DNA of 56,558 nt, filler included, from Bipalium vagum (taxonomy: Eukaryota): assembly GCA_037834085.1 (NCBI GenBank). It is 3 parts of 3 records of this genome, joined end to end, with 100 filler letters (N's around TTAATTAATTAA, not from the genome) between each part and the next. Parts side by side here need not be neighbours in the genome. Positions count along the whole stretch, not along the records: positions 1 to 19,546 come from JBBMKC010000227.1; 2 more parts are not named here. The stretch is one strand, 5' to 3'. How positions within the stretch are numbered: position 1 is the first letter of the stretch; each line of letters starts with the position of its first letter. This document shows positions 1-13,900 of this stretch, piece after piece. The notes beneath the pieces are model-generated. The model was not told the origin of the DNA and did no database searches. It saw only the letters and a list, made by a program, of their open reading frames with translations. The position numbers and the translations under genes are program-made.

Positions 1-1452
1 TATTGAGCTAAAAGATTTTAATAATTAAATAAAAGTATAAATTAAATTTTTAATAAAAACAAGTATAAATTTTAAAGTTCAATATTAATATAATATATTC
101 TAATAAAATGCGAAAATTTTATATGTGAAAAGTATTATAATTTCGTTTGTTTTAATAGTAAAATGACCCAAACAGAAAACGCCACAACTAACATGGCGAA
201 CCAAAACTCTATCTGGACCTACTCCACGATGCAATGCACCCTGGGATCTTCAAGAGAGGAGAAGATGTTGAAAAATTTATCAAGAGATGCACCAGATACT
301 TTGATGGTGCTGGAGTGAAGAAGAATATGCGACCATCCTCACAGTAGCCTTTTTAGATAAAGGAATCAGGATGTATACGAAAATGAAGACAGCTCTCTCG
401 GTTCCGATGACAGACTTCGAAAGGCCTTTCATAAACCAATGTCGATGATGAAAGACATTGAAGAGTTACCGACGGAAAGGAGACTACATCAATGTCTACA
501 AAAATAAAATAGCGGAACTAGCAGACAAATTACTAGCGCACAAACGGGAAAAAGAACAATTAATGAAGGAGCTTCCAGGAAGAAGAGACAAAGGTGGAAA
601 ACGTCAATACTGTAAGAAGTTATGGAGATGTTTCACGAGCAACACGAGAAAAGAAGACAGGAGAGAACACATAACGAGAGAAATAGTATACTGGATGTGA
701 GATAAATTGAAAATAAGTCGGGAGATGTAGCTTAGCAAGCAGAGCAGTCCATGTTCATGTGAAGGTCCCGGGTTTGAATCCTGGTTCACCTGTGGTTCGG
801 AACAACACTTAAGGAAAGACTGCAATACAGCCAAATGCTCGAGATGCCACAGAAACGAATATCAAACGGAAGAATGCTACACAAATCTTGGGAAAATTCT
901 CTTACAACGGAAAGGAGAATTACGCAGGACGACGAGCAGCATACACGGGAAGAAATATCGATAGAAATTCAAACTTTTATCAAACTTTGCGGCGCAATAT
1001 TGGAAGTAATAAGCAAAAGCCAGACAAAGTACGTTAATGGAGTATCAGAAAACGAGGATATGGACTTCGTTCGGAGAGAAGATAAATTGTACTGTTACCA
1101 TCGAGAATCAGACACATTTAGAAAAGAACACCCAAACGCTAACGCTTCACACGAAGTCGAGTTGATCGGAGCAATGAACTAGATGAAGTCAACTATCGCG
1201 ATATTTATATGTATAATAGAAGTAATTTATTTAATATTATAGGAGAGGAGGCGGACAAAAAGATATACAAAACTGATGATGCAATGGAGAAAGCTTTGAA
1301 CTATCTAATCAATGAAAGATTTACATTTATATAATAAAAATTAAAAAAGCTATACTTGTTTTTCTTCTTTCATTTTATTTCCGAAAATATCGCACGCACC
1401 CTGTAATTTCGTTTGTTTTAATAGAAAAATGAACCAAACAGAAAACGCCACA
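1..1452 (+). mobile_element. Internally deleted LTR retroelement (Ty3/gypsy-like) retaining a decayed gag with two CCHC zinc knuckles
   Basis: A 49-bp direct repeat ending in ...ACGCCACA occurs at 138-186 and 1404-1452 (2 mismatches), consistent with LTR 3' ends. A PBS-like TGGCGAACCA follows at 194-203 and a polypurine tract AGGAGAGGAGG lies at 1241-1251. Gag-like peptide GIFKRGEDVEKFIKRCTRYFDGAG at about 244-315; knuckles (W)FTCGSEQHLRKDC and CSRCHRNEYQTEEC at 782-877. Frames are broken, and no RT, RNase H or integrase core is visible. Confidence 0.7.
721..784 (+). pseudogene. tRNA-derived segment (pseudo-tRNA or SINE head) lacking the 3' acceptor strand
   Basis: GGAGATG-TAGCTTAG (A box) ... 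GAAGGTC-CCGGG-TTTGAAT-CCTGG (T arm/B box, one change from GTTCGAATC). The expected 3' acceptor CATCTCC is absent and the anticodon arm pairs poorly. Confidence 0.6.
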
Positions 1453-1886
1453 ATACTGTTCGCTCAAAAACCTCCAAACAGCGCAGTACCCATCGTAAGC
1501 TCCTGTCACATAATTGAGGGCATAAAATAAATGAATTACAAATTTCTTCCAGTATAATAAGTTTCTTCCGACAAATATCTCCAACCAGAGATTATGTCAA
1601 GATATCTTTAGTGGTCATTCACTGCGGATTCCAACTCCTTAAATACTATTCTAGTCAGACGACTAATCAGTTGTAGACCAGCTTGATTAATGGGGAATGT
1701 CAATTCTATTTTTAGATATTACTAAATCGGTTCTTCCTTGCGGACCCTGATCTAATCTTGGCAACTTAGATCAGTTTTCGAAAAAATGATAAAATTTTAT
1801 TATTAATATTATTATAATTAATGTTTGTACTTTTAATTAATTATAGTTATTACTTGATTATTATTTTTAGTATAATTATTATTACA
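1453..1886 (-). mobile_element. Solo-LTR-like repeat, family A copy 1 (truncated by the gag element)
   Basis: Begins TGTAATAATAAT on the minus strand at 1886. Its reverse complement matches 19730-20010 in several blocks, e.g. AGTATTTAAGGAGT..AATCCGCAGTG and TATGYGACAGGA..GAGCGAAC. Confidence 0.6.
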
Positions 1887-3452
1887 CTTCTGACCCTATA
1901 GCAGTCTTAATAATCAATTAATAATCAATAATCTAGACCGTATTGTGATCTTTATTGTTGGGATCAACAGTAAAACTGGTAAAAAATCAGTCAGATCAAA
2001 AAAAAATTCCAAAGAAACAGATTCCAGAGATCGCTGACGAACCTCAGGAGCCGATGGAGACGGCCGACAACTCTCTTACGAAACTTGTAATCGACATTGG
2101 AAACATTTGATATTTGATATTTGATTTGAATTTAAATTTAAATTTTATTTTACAATTTATATTTGAATTAATGTGCATGAAACGGCTTCGTAAGGCCTAC
2201 TATCTTTATTTTTATATCTCTGAAAAAAGAATGTGATTTTATATTTTATATTGTAAAAATAATATTTAAATAATTAATAAAATTATAAATAATAATCATT
2301 TTAAAAAGTTTAATAAGTTAATCAGGAGTATATAAGCTCCTGGTTTTCACATTTCAAATGCCCTTAATCAATCTGAGAATACGCTTGCAGCTATCCGAAT
2401 TAAAGATATATTAAGGCACCGGTAATAATAATAGGTAAGGAATTTAACCGATCGAGTTAAAATTAAATAATTAATTAACATTTATTTAGTGATAGAAGGA
2501 AATTCTTCTCATCACTTATTTTTTAATATTTTCTTTATTCTTTTTTATTGTTCTCCCGCTAATTTATTCTGCTTCACTTTAGGCGATAGAATACGCATTT
2601 TTATTATCAGAACTTCTTCGACTATCGTAAAGTCAAGAAGATATTTTATTAATTAATTTTTGTAATTCTGAATATGGTTTGATTGAATAAATCTCCAACC
2701 TTGCATTTGTGATAACAAATAAACCTTATTTTGTTAATCGCTTTGTTTATTCGATAGTTTTCTAGTATTTACACTTCCTTCGAGGGAGTTGGCGAATCCA
2801 CCTGTAAACCCACTTATAACTGTTTAGCTTGCAATTTAGACCGTTGCATTATCATACAATTTTTATCAGGGTTAACAGGTATATGCCCTTGGGTAGCTTC
2901 CATAAATGGAAGCTCTACGATCCAAAGCCCAGTAACTAGCTGGGATTCACTGTTTCAATAGCATTTTTTCGTGAGTTACGAGGATCGTATTTTTAAAGCA
3001 ATATTATATTAAATATATATTTTATATATAATCTTAGATCAACATCCAAAATTAAATTGGAAAATTATATAATAAAAAATTTTAAAATGTTTATTCTTTC
3101 AATATTAATAGTACAATCTATTCAAAGATTTTTTCGATAAATATTTTACTTTAACAATTTTTAAATATTTTTATAATTTTAAAATAATTAATTTATTAAG
3201 AAATCCATGAAAAAAAGTTAATTCACTGATATTATTCCTCAATATTTATTTTGTTTTTAATAATAATTCAAATATTTCTTAATTATAAAAATCTCTCATG
3301 AGTATAGAAAACTTCATCAGAAAAAATACATTTCAAAATGTATTTTGTGTTTTAAGAGGACTTAATTTAATTAACTTGTTTTAATAATTATTGGTGATTA
3401 TATTTTAAATTAACTTAATTTTAGATTTAATTTAAACTTAGTATTTATTACA

Positions 3453-6400
3453 ATGGTAGATTATTTAAAAGACCTTGAATCTCATTGTATTATGTTTTCG
3501 GTATTTATTTTAATATATCTATTATTTTAATTTTTATCAGACAACATCAAACAATGATGAGCGAAAAAAAGCTGAAAATCACATTCATAGTTTTAAGAAA
3601 AGTTATTCTATTGAAGCATTTACTTATGTCTTGAGTAATTTGTGCATCCTTTTAATGAATTATGATATTTGTCATCTAATTTTTAGATAACACGAGTAAT
3701 GAAATGCTTATTTTTGAGACATTGGTAGCATATGGTGATACAATTATTAATAATTGGTCAGAATTTACAGTAGATTCTCAGTTCAATTCTAATTCATCTG
3801 AATGTATGGACGATAAGGAATTAAAACCAAGTTTGCAATTAAATCAAGTTGTGAATTGGTTATTTGATTGGATTTTAAAAAGTCAGCCAAGATTATCGCA
3901 TTCTGTTTGGTGTCAGGGCATTAAAACATTAGCCAAGTTAATTAAAAAGTCTTATTTAGAAAATATCCATATGTTTTTAGAGGAATATATGAAAAAAATT
4001 AATGAATTTTTGAATTCCACCGATATAAAAGATGTAAGTCAGAAATGTTATACTGATGTTTTAAAATTATTTTAATTTTTAAAAATATATTGAAGCAAAA
4101 CCTGAAATATAAAACAGGCTTTCAAAATGTATCTTATATCAATTGTTACAAAAAAATTATTTATCATTTTGTATAACTTTTTCAAAGTTCAATTTAATAA
4201 TTTCGAATTAAGTTTTTAAAAATTATATATCACACTTTTAGTTTATAAACTATGTTCTACAAATACCAATAATAAAAACCTTTGAAACAGTCTGTTTTTA
4301 AAATGTTATAAAAAAGAAAATTTACGATTTAAAAAAATGTTATAAAGTCTTGTAATTTGTTAAATTAATTTTAATATATATCTTTTAGAAAATAATCGCA
4401 TTTGACATGATCAGTGGATTACTGGAAGTATTTTCCTGCTTAAACAATACAAACCAGCAGTTAAAAACCTCACGGATTGCCGAATTAAAACTTCGAAACA
4501 CGTTTGAGGTGAGCCTTTATGTTTTGAAAATTTTGAAAATCAGATGGAAAAAAAATTGACAGTATTAATAAATATTGTCGGATTGAATTCAAAAACAAAA
4601 AAAACATAATAAACCGATTTTTTGTATTTTACAACATAGTTCATTAACTATCTATCTATAATGAACAATATACTGAAATTCGTCATTTACAAATTTCACT
4701 GATAATTTAAAATTTTGAATCCATTTCGTTAACGTAATTATTAAATTAATGATTAATAAGATTTCCTCTTAAAAAAACATCTTCACAGATAAAAACTAAT
4801 ATAATAATTAAAAGTAAATACAACAAACGATTTTAATCTGGAATGAATTCTCTGTATATTGTTATTGGGGACTTGATTTCAGTTAATCCGAATTATTCTA
4901 AAATTATTGTAATGGATTGTTTCCATCAGAAAATAGCTTTGAGAAGCTGATTTTTATATGTTTTTTAATAGTTAAATAGAAATTTCGTTGAAATATATAA
5001 TATTTAATGAATATTATTTCTTCAATCTCTTTAAAAGCACATTAGATTATTAAATTATGAAAATTAATTTTTTATTTATTTAGAAAAAATACTTGTCGCA
5101 CATCTTTCTACTATTTTTAAATCTCATGAACAGTTACATGGCAGCAATTGATTTTGTCACCGGTGAAGTGTCAGAAATCTTCCTAAAATCGTTGCTCACA
5201 AATCTTGAAACAATTCTTTCCTGGAACTTTTTAAATAAAAGTATAGAAACTTTATAATTGGTGAAAACGTTTTAAATAATTCATAGTTCAAGCGATGAAA
5301 TTGCAAATTCTTCCAAAAAATGAAACCTCCAAGAGATTCGCGCCTCCAACTAAGTGGAACAATATCATAACTGACTTTTCGTTGATTGAATTTCTTTTCA
5401 AGGTTATTTTATTTTCTGTTTTTTTATAAGAATATTGTAAAGTGTTTAAATGCTCCATAAAAAATCGATGGTATTTAAATATATTTTGTATTCATATAAC
5501 ATAAATTTACGTCCATTACCTTAAAATATTACAACTAAAATCATAAATTTATAAAATTAAAAAAAATTAATTCCTAATAATCATAAATGGTTTTTAATCG
5601 CTTTTCTAAAATTAAAATTTGATTGAGTTATCACAAAGACAAAATTTTATCGCCATATCTATGATCATTATCTTCAAAAAAATTGAACAGTGTTAAAGTC
5701 TAAAGGTATTGGTTGTTCACTACTCTTATCAGTCTTTTTTAATACGACATTTACAGTTCTCATTCTTAAGTCTTATCTTTTCATTTTTATCTGTCCTACT
5801 TTTATTTTCATTGTACTTCTGTTGAAAATTCAAATTCAAATACGCTCCTTATTTGGTTTTTGCTACTTTCATTCATTTTAAGAGGATTATTTTTAAAGTA
5901 ATTGAATCCATTCCTTTTCGTCCTGGACAGAAAAACAAATTACATCTTGGAATGGGATAAGTAAACTTTAACTTCAATTAGTCCTCTAGATATATTGATG
6001 AAGCATTAAAATCTGTGACATAATGCTTAGGTGAATAATTTTATGATTCAGTTTATAACAATTGATTTAGCATGAAAAAATAAATTTTTTTATGATACAT
6101 ACTACTATAATTTTTCAATGGATTCAATGGAAATCTACAAATGTCTTGAAAAAAATTTATAATTATTTCTTAGTTTGATTTCCACTATTAATCTTGACGC
6201 TTACAAAATGACTCGGTAATTATATTCATTTTTGTGATTTATTATATATATATATATTTTAGGAACAATTTTAAAATCAATTTTTCACTAACCTATTTTT
6301 TTGTTATTAATTTTGTTTTTATTTTTCAACATATTAGATGTAACTTATATTGATTATTAACAAAACTTCCTCTGATCAGAATTCAAATTCGTTTTTAAAT

Positions 6401-9400
6401 ATACTTACATAATTTTATTTATTTTTAATTCTGCTCTTAGAGAATTTTAAGCCCACTTGATTACTAAACTTTTTTCGATCGCATTTCTTCAGGATTTTGA
6501 CAATGTAACATGCTAATTATAATTATCTCGTAATTCACTTTAGTCAGAAATAAAATGCTGTTCTCGAAAACTTTCTCATTCTTTCTCCTGTTAAATAAGA
6601 ACAACCACGAAGAAAAAATATTCACAATCAATATTTCTGTAAGCCATTTTTCTTTCCTCTTGTAGTCAGAACAAGAAATTTCTCACACCAGTTCATTCAT
6701 CGTTTTTATTTCTATGAGCAATTATCGATATATTGGATACAATGAGCTGAGTAAGAACAATTTTTAGAAAATTTCCACTGTAATTTAAACAAAACATCTC
6801 TGTGACATGGTCTGGTTTGAGACGTGTGTAATTTAATAAATCAATTTACATCCACGAATTTTCGAAACAAGAACACAAATACATTTCTCATCTATTAGAT
6901 TTTAAAAAAGATTTTCCATATATTTTTAAAAAGTTTGAGTTCAATTGAAAACTCGGAATTTTAATCGGAGCTTCCTAATAGGATTTGTATTGGTCAAGGG
7001 TATTCTATAAAAAATCAATGTTAAAATTTCATCCCAAACTTGTATTAATATTTAATTAATTGTTCAGTCTGTCTGTTTTAACCTTGCTCACTGTATAATT
7101 AACTGGGAATAAGATTTGTTTCATTATTTGTGGCTTGTTAATTTTTTGTAATGATATTTATCTCTTTTTTGTGCATTTCTAAAATAATTATAGATTTCTA
7201 TTAAGAAAATCGATACATGTAATCTAAAGATTGTAGAATTGATTTTATTTATTTTCTTTTTCATTCATCAAAATACTCAAGTCTAAAAACCATTCCAAAT
7301 AAAATATATTCGATGTGTTTCTATTTTTTTACTTAAACAAATTTTTTAGGTTCATGATAAAGTAAGATCAAATTGCCGATTGGGTATTTTAACTCTGTCA
7401 TGTCTCCATCAACTTGCTGGACTTAAAGTCAAATTTCATCACAATTCCTTAATTGACAGCAATCTTGAAACGAGCTGTTATCGATTCTCTCACATAGATT
7501 TTAGTTTTGCTTTCATTGACGTGTTATGCAATTATTTTAACCGCAACAATAAGTTTATCAACGGTGAATGGGGAATTGCGATTGAGTTTTATGATTATGA
7601 AGTACCATTGATCGCTGATATGCTATATCAGTTGCAAGAACATTTGAACAGCAGCGTATGGCTCGATGGATTGATGCTGACTGTAAATAGTCGACAAATA
7701 CCTTTAGACCAGGACAAAAATATTCCCAGACTAGTTTGTGAAGAATATGCTAGTTATGTTATCGGGAAGCTTCAATATTTTATCGATTTTTATGCCAGAT
7801 TTTGTATAAAGTGCATTGACGGATCAGCAGCCGAAAAGCTATCGAAATCAGACACAATTTATATTGAAACTGAAGAGCGGGTTTTGTCGCGTTTTGTGTC
7901 GTTTACGAATTTCCACGAATATCTCTATTATGCTGACAAAATATCCACACCAACTAATCTTGGCTTCATGTCCACCAGTGAATGGGACAGGCTTATTTTC
8001 CAGGAACTTATTAAAATTTCAAATCCCTGTCACGGAAAGTTGTTTGAACATTTTCTCAAAGCTCACCTGGCAGCACCAGACGGATTTAGAAATGTGACCC
8101 CTGATTGTGATATTATGATAATTGAGTCTGATGACGAAGATGTTGATTTGGAAATTGAAGAAGATGACAAAAAGAAATTTGAGGTCAGATTGATTTTCTT
8201 CAAAAAATAATTAATGTTATTTGTTAAAATAACGAAATATAACACATTTAATTGATTTTTCCATTTCAGAGTGGCTTATACGCTTCAGGATTTACTGCAC
8301 TGCAATGTATCAATCATTCTTTGTGTTCGTTGAGTATTTTGCTTCACGAACGCATGATGAATTTGCAACATGTTTTTTCCATAAGCGAGAATCCTTCATT
8401 TTCTCTTTTAGAAGATCTTCATTGGATTATATCAATTATTGGATATACGATTTTCAACGTAACCGATGATTTGATAACACAAAATCGACTAATTTATGCT
8501 CGTCATATGGATTGTTCGGTTAGTACTATGCCACATTTTACCAGTTTCTACAATCGATTAAAAGTTTAACTTTAACTGAGTTTATCCTATGAGCTGTTGA
8601 ATTATTATGCTAACCTAATTCATATTATCTTGTCATGCAAGAACTAAATTTTAAAATCCAAAAATCATTGGTACTCATAAAAAGAATTATTTTTTTAATC
8701 ATTCCAAAATAATGTCGATAAATTTAAATTGTACTAACTCAGTATGTACAAAAAATTATTTTCAATGTAAAAAATTTTCAACTTGTCGCCTATTGCCAGG
8801 TTTCCTTTTCTTTATTTTTCATCTAAACTAAGATTGAATTTAAAGGTGCATTTTAATTTTGAATTGTTGCAATTATCGAATTATCACATTTTTTCTAAAA
8901 ATATGTATAGTAGAGAATAATTTACTCGTAGTCTGTAATTCTCAAAATAATAGAGAAATGATCTTTTTTTAACAATGGAAATACGTTCAGATTTAGAAAA
9001 TTTTTATCTTAATAATATATTTATTGAAAATCGTTTCTTTCTGCGGCAGGATTTGAGATCGATTTATGAACATTCTCAAAACCAACTCAAATTTATGGTA
9101 GATACAGAATCAGATAAAATCGAGGCAATTGATCGAATAATCAAGGAATATCAAAACTTATTAATAGCTTGTTGTACGGACATTGACCGAAATCTGGACA
9201 GTTTTCAATATTCATTTGATGTCGATTTAAATTGCTGCGATGACATAATCAGGTAACGTTTTTTCTCATCATTTTTCAAAAAATAAATTACTGTATAGAT
9301 TTTATTTTTATTAATAACGATAATTCAAATTTAACAGAAATATATTTTTCAAACGAAAATCTCATTTACCATAACAATATATATTAAATTTAATTGATTA

Positions 9401-10855
9401 TTTTGTCAATTTCCGATTAGCGCTAGAAAAGAGAAATTTTATTTTACCATATTACATTAAGGATGGTTAACTGTAATCCTATTTATATTTTATTTTTAAA
9501 TTAATCAGTGATCGAGTTTTCTATGTTTTGTGGCTTTAGGTAGCTTACCAAAAAATTTCCGGGAAATCTAGATTAAATTTTCGAGTTTTATTTTCTGTTT
9601 GGATTATATTATTTTGCCTATAATATATTTTTCGTTTCATTTTTGATTTTTTGAATTGTGATAAAAGAGTTTTCATTTCCTGACAGTTGTTACCTTGATG
9701 TAATCGGTTAAGAATTGATTTTGTCATTTCTATTTTTGAATGAAAATTTATAGACTTTCATAAATAATTACATTAAAATAAATTTCAAATAATAAATAAA
9801 AAATTTGACAATTTTAACCAATTGAATTTGAAAGATATTTTTTATTTTTTTTATTATTATTTTTATAATATAATAATTATGAATAATAAATAATAATAAT
9901 TATGAAAAATAAAAATAAATTCAATAAAAAATGTTTTTTAAATTTTGTGTAATGAGAATCATTATGAAAAAAGTTCTAATACATCTTTTCTGATTATTCT
10001 TAAAAATACATAGTAAAATAATCATTTGGGCTTGAAAATATTGAAAAGAAAAGAATTGGAAAATTTAGCATAAAATCTTATCAAATTTTTCATTGTCTTT
10101 GTTGTGGGATAAATTTATGAAATCATCGAAACAAATGAAAATAATTGATAAACTTTTTGATATTAATAGGAAATTTTCAGTTTGATAACAATTCAATTTA
10201 TATTTCAAAATAATCTTTTTTCTGAATTTTAATATTTTAAAACCGAAATTGATCGATAAAATTTTTTTCTTTGTGAAATGTTTTTATGAAATTCAGAATT
10301 CGGTCAAACTAAATAAATAAATAATTTACAAATTAATTTCTGAAAACAAGATGTCTGTTCTGTTCGAGTTGAAATAAATTGATTATGAGTATTGAATTTT
10401 TTTTTGAAAAGCATGTCTAATTTTTTGCTTAGAGTAATCAGGTTTTTTTAAAAATAAAAATTTATTAATATAAAGTAAACTTTATTTTGGGAAAGAACAA
10501 AACGAGGTTGCTTAAAATGTATCATTTTTTAACTTATTTTAAAATTTGTAAACGATTTTTTAGTATTATTTAATACGTTAAAATTTTAAGTTGAAGCATT
10601 TTGCACATAGTTCTCTACAAAGAACGTCTTTTTACCATATTTATTACTCTCCAAAGAAAATTCTTTGATAAATGGAATCTCAGTTGAATTTATTTTATAA
10701 TTTCTAGGTTGCTCTTTCTTTCATTGAGATCTCTTGCGTATTGCCTTCGATGCTGTGAAAGTGGTCAAGTGATGACTGATTTTATGTGGCTTCTTAATCG
10801 GTGGATGCTTGGTTACGTACAGATGTTAGACGACTGTGACAATCCTGAGGTTTGC

Positions 10856-10905
<50 letters not shown>

Positions 10906-13900
10906 TATTTTTTATATAATACTATTATTTTTATAGTTATCAAATATCACTGTGTTGGCAGTGTTTACCAGACAGGATACGGGAAAAATTTGTCGTCAGA
11001 AAATTGTAGATACATGCCTTAAGATGATAAATTGTTGTGTGGAAAAATGGAACCAAGACCCAACGGTTATGCAGGCAGTCGTTTCTCTTATGTTAAATAT
11101 GACGTGTTCTTTTTCCATGTAAGAGATTTATTTTTCAAAAAATATAATAAAAATATTATTTATTCTATTTTGAAAATCTTTATGATAAATATTATGAATA
11201 AAATTAATGAAGGCTTCAGAAGTGATTCAAAGTTGTATTTTAAAAATTATTGATTTATCAAACTTATCAAATTGAATACCTGTGATATTTGAGTACCTTT
11301 TTAACCTTACTACTTTTATGAATAAAATAAATATTTGAGCAATTTGGTTCGATACGAATCTAGCACAAATATTACAATTATTTATTTTCCTTTCACTAAT
11401 GTTTTTCATTAAATTAAATTGAAAAATAATTACAGTAATTTTGGAATAATTTTAAATTAATTTTTCATTAAAAATCTGTTGAAATTACAGTCCAACTCAT
11501 TAAACTTGTAGATCGATTTACCTCTTGTTTTCGCTGCTTAAATTAAAATTTTCGAGAATAAAATTATGGGCCCAATATATTTATTGATGATTATTTTTTC
11601 ATTGTTTAAATTTTCGTTACGGAATTCCTAAGGCTTTGATGTCTAGGTTTCAGCTTTCAACTGACCGCACTTCTTGATTGAGTAGGAAGTTAAATTTAAT
11701 ACGAATCCGGACATCTGGTTCCGGGATATATAAAGAAAAGAATCATTTCCTTTATTTAACTCTTAAATAATTCTCAAAAGATTAATTATGGCTAATTAAT
11801 TTATCTCAAATGAAATTCGAAATATATCTCTTAACATTTTTATCGTCTTTTCCAAATTATAAAGTTTTCTTTTTCTATAACCAATATTGAATTTTTTATC
11901 ATTATTCATAGACTGCAATTAAATACATATATTTTTGTATGTATTTATACCGTTTAAACAATTTTTAAAATGAAAATTCTTTAAAATAAAACAAGAACAA
12001 AAAATAAATCTTTTTCATTGATTTTTTCGAAGTATTGAAACATTTCTTAATATTAATTTTAATTATCAAAATTTGACACGATAAACTTAAATTTCTAATC
12101 ATTAAGAATATTTTAAATATGTTGAACGAATCATGGAATATATCAAATCGGACCTGATTTTTATCGGACCGGTTATTTACAAAATCTAACCCAGTTAAAA
12201 TCAATATATTTCACTTATTGTTTTTTTTTATTTTGATCGAATTGAACAATACAGAATCACGTAAACTGTTCATTTTACAGATTTTCTAAAATATCTATTG
12301 ATATTTTTAGATCTAAATAAAACATTTTTGGGAAATTTTGTTTAGTTTTTTTAATTACCATTATTTTTTCTATGCAGTGCTCGATTGATGTTGTCTTCGG
12401 AGATCTGGTTAAATGAGATCACTCGGCTCATTGTCAACGGCGTTTCTCCATACAATGGAATGAACGATGAGTTGTTTTCACTACTTATAACATCCATTAT
12501 GAATGTTGCTGCTGCCTGTGTGACAGAGCAGCAGTTACACACCTATCTAAAGGTAATAATAATAATGACAGGATTATGAATATTAAACATGTTCCAATCC
12601 AAGATTCTCGATCCAATTGGAGAACGACTTTCAAAATTGTTTTCTTCTCCAGAAATTACTAAAATATCTGAAATCGAAGTTATCATTTGCTTATCTTTTA
12701 TTCGCGGAATGGTCATGACAAAGTGGCCATCAAGATTATCGAGAAATACATCAGATTGGTGTATGAACTATTCGAAATTGTTTGACACTCTTTATCCATG
12801 GCTGGAGAAAAGTGTTGAAATTTTGTGCAAGGTTTTTAAATTTTTTTCATTTTTTTGTTGAATAATTTACTGTTAGAATTACATTCATTCGTCTGCCATT
12901 ATTCAATTGTTACTGGAAAGCCTTTTGGAAGTCTCTCGAACCATGTTATTGGAGCTGAGCAAGTCACAGACTACACAGTTTTATCTATTAAATCTCAGCG
13001 TTTTTCGATTGTATTCTGAGAAAACATTTGGTACGATTTTTCATAAATTCTGATCGCAACAATCAATTTGAGAGAAAAATTATCTGAAATTAATGAAGCA
13101 GTGATCTATTCCTCCAAAATGTTTCATTTCATAAAATTCATGGTTTCACTAATCATATCTAATACAATGATAAATGAAATAAAAATTTCTTTAAAAAATA
13201 TTAAAAATAGTTATGAAAAATTCATAAAAATTTAAAAATGTTATAATTTATTTGAATAAAGTTTTGGGAAAAGGAAAAAATCGATCTCAAATTATTTCCA
13301 AGATTTAATCATTTCGAAATGATTTTCTTATGAATAATTATTTTTTATTTGAATTACAATAATATTATAGTGACAAATATCATTGATTAGATTCATCTCC
13401 AACTGTCAATGTTGCTAGAGAGGAAACAATAATGGAAATCAAATATATTTTCACTATAGCTTCGGAACTTCTCAGTAGACAAGTTTTTGATGAGTTTGAC
13501 TTAGAGGAGTCGAACATCAAAGATGAAATATTGGGTTATGATGTAATCGCCCAGCTTATCTTTCAGTTGGCACCGTTCATTTCGTCAGATATCCTTGAGG
13601 TAAGAATTTTTCACTTAAATTTTATATTTTTAACTTCTAATAAAATTGATTTTGTATACGACCAAATAATAAGCATTATTATTATTGTTTCTGTAATTCA
13701 GTTTAAACAAGACTTTCAATATTTATTTTTAAGAAAAACATTTAAATGATTCGAATGATATAAAATTATTATTTTTAATTTATTTATTATAATGATTATT
13801 TGAATAGATTCCGGAAGTTGGGACTGTATTTTTTCAATGCATCACACTTGTTACGGAATATAAATCCTCAAGTTTCCTTCTGAAGATGAACTATGAATTT

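Noticed and set aside
721-791. Functional tRNA gene
   Set aside because: The acceptor stem cannot form, the anticodon arm is disrupted and there is no oligo-T terminator; kept only as a tRNA-derived fragment.
10850-10936. Poly-Leu C-terminus of ORF 10709-10936
   Set aside because: It is read-through into an intronic (TTA)n microsatellite; the exon ends at the donor at 10850.
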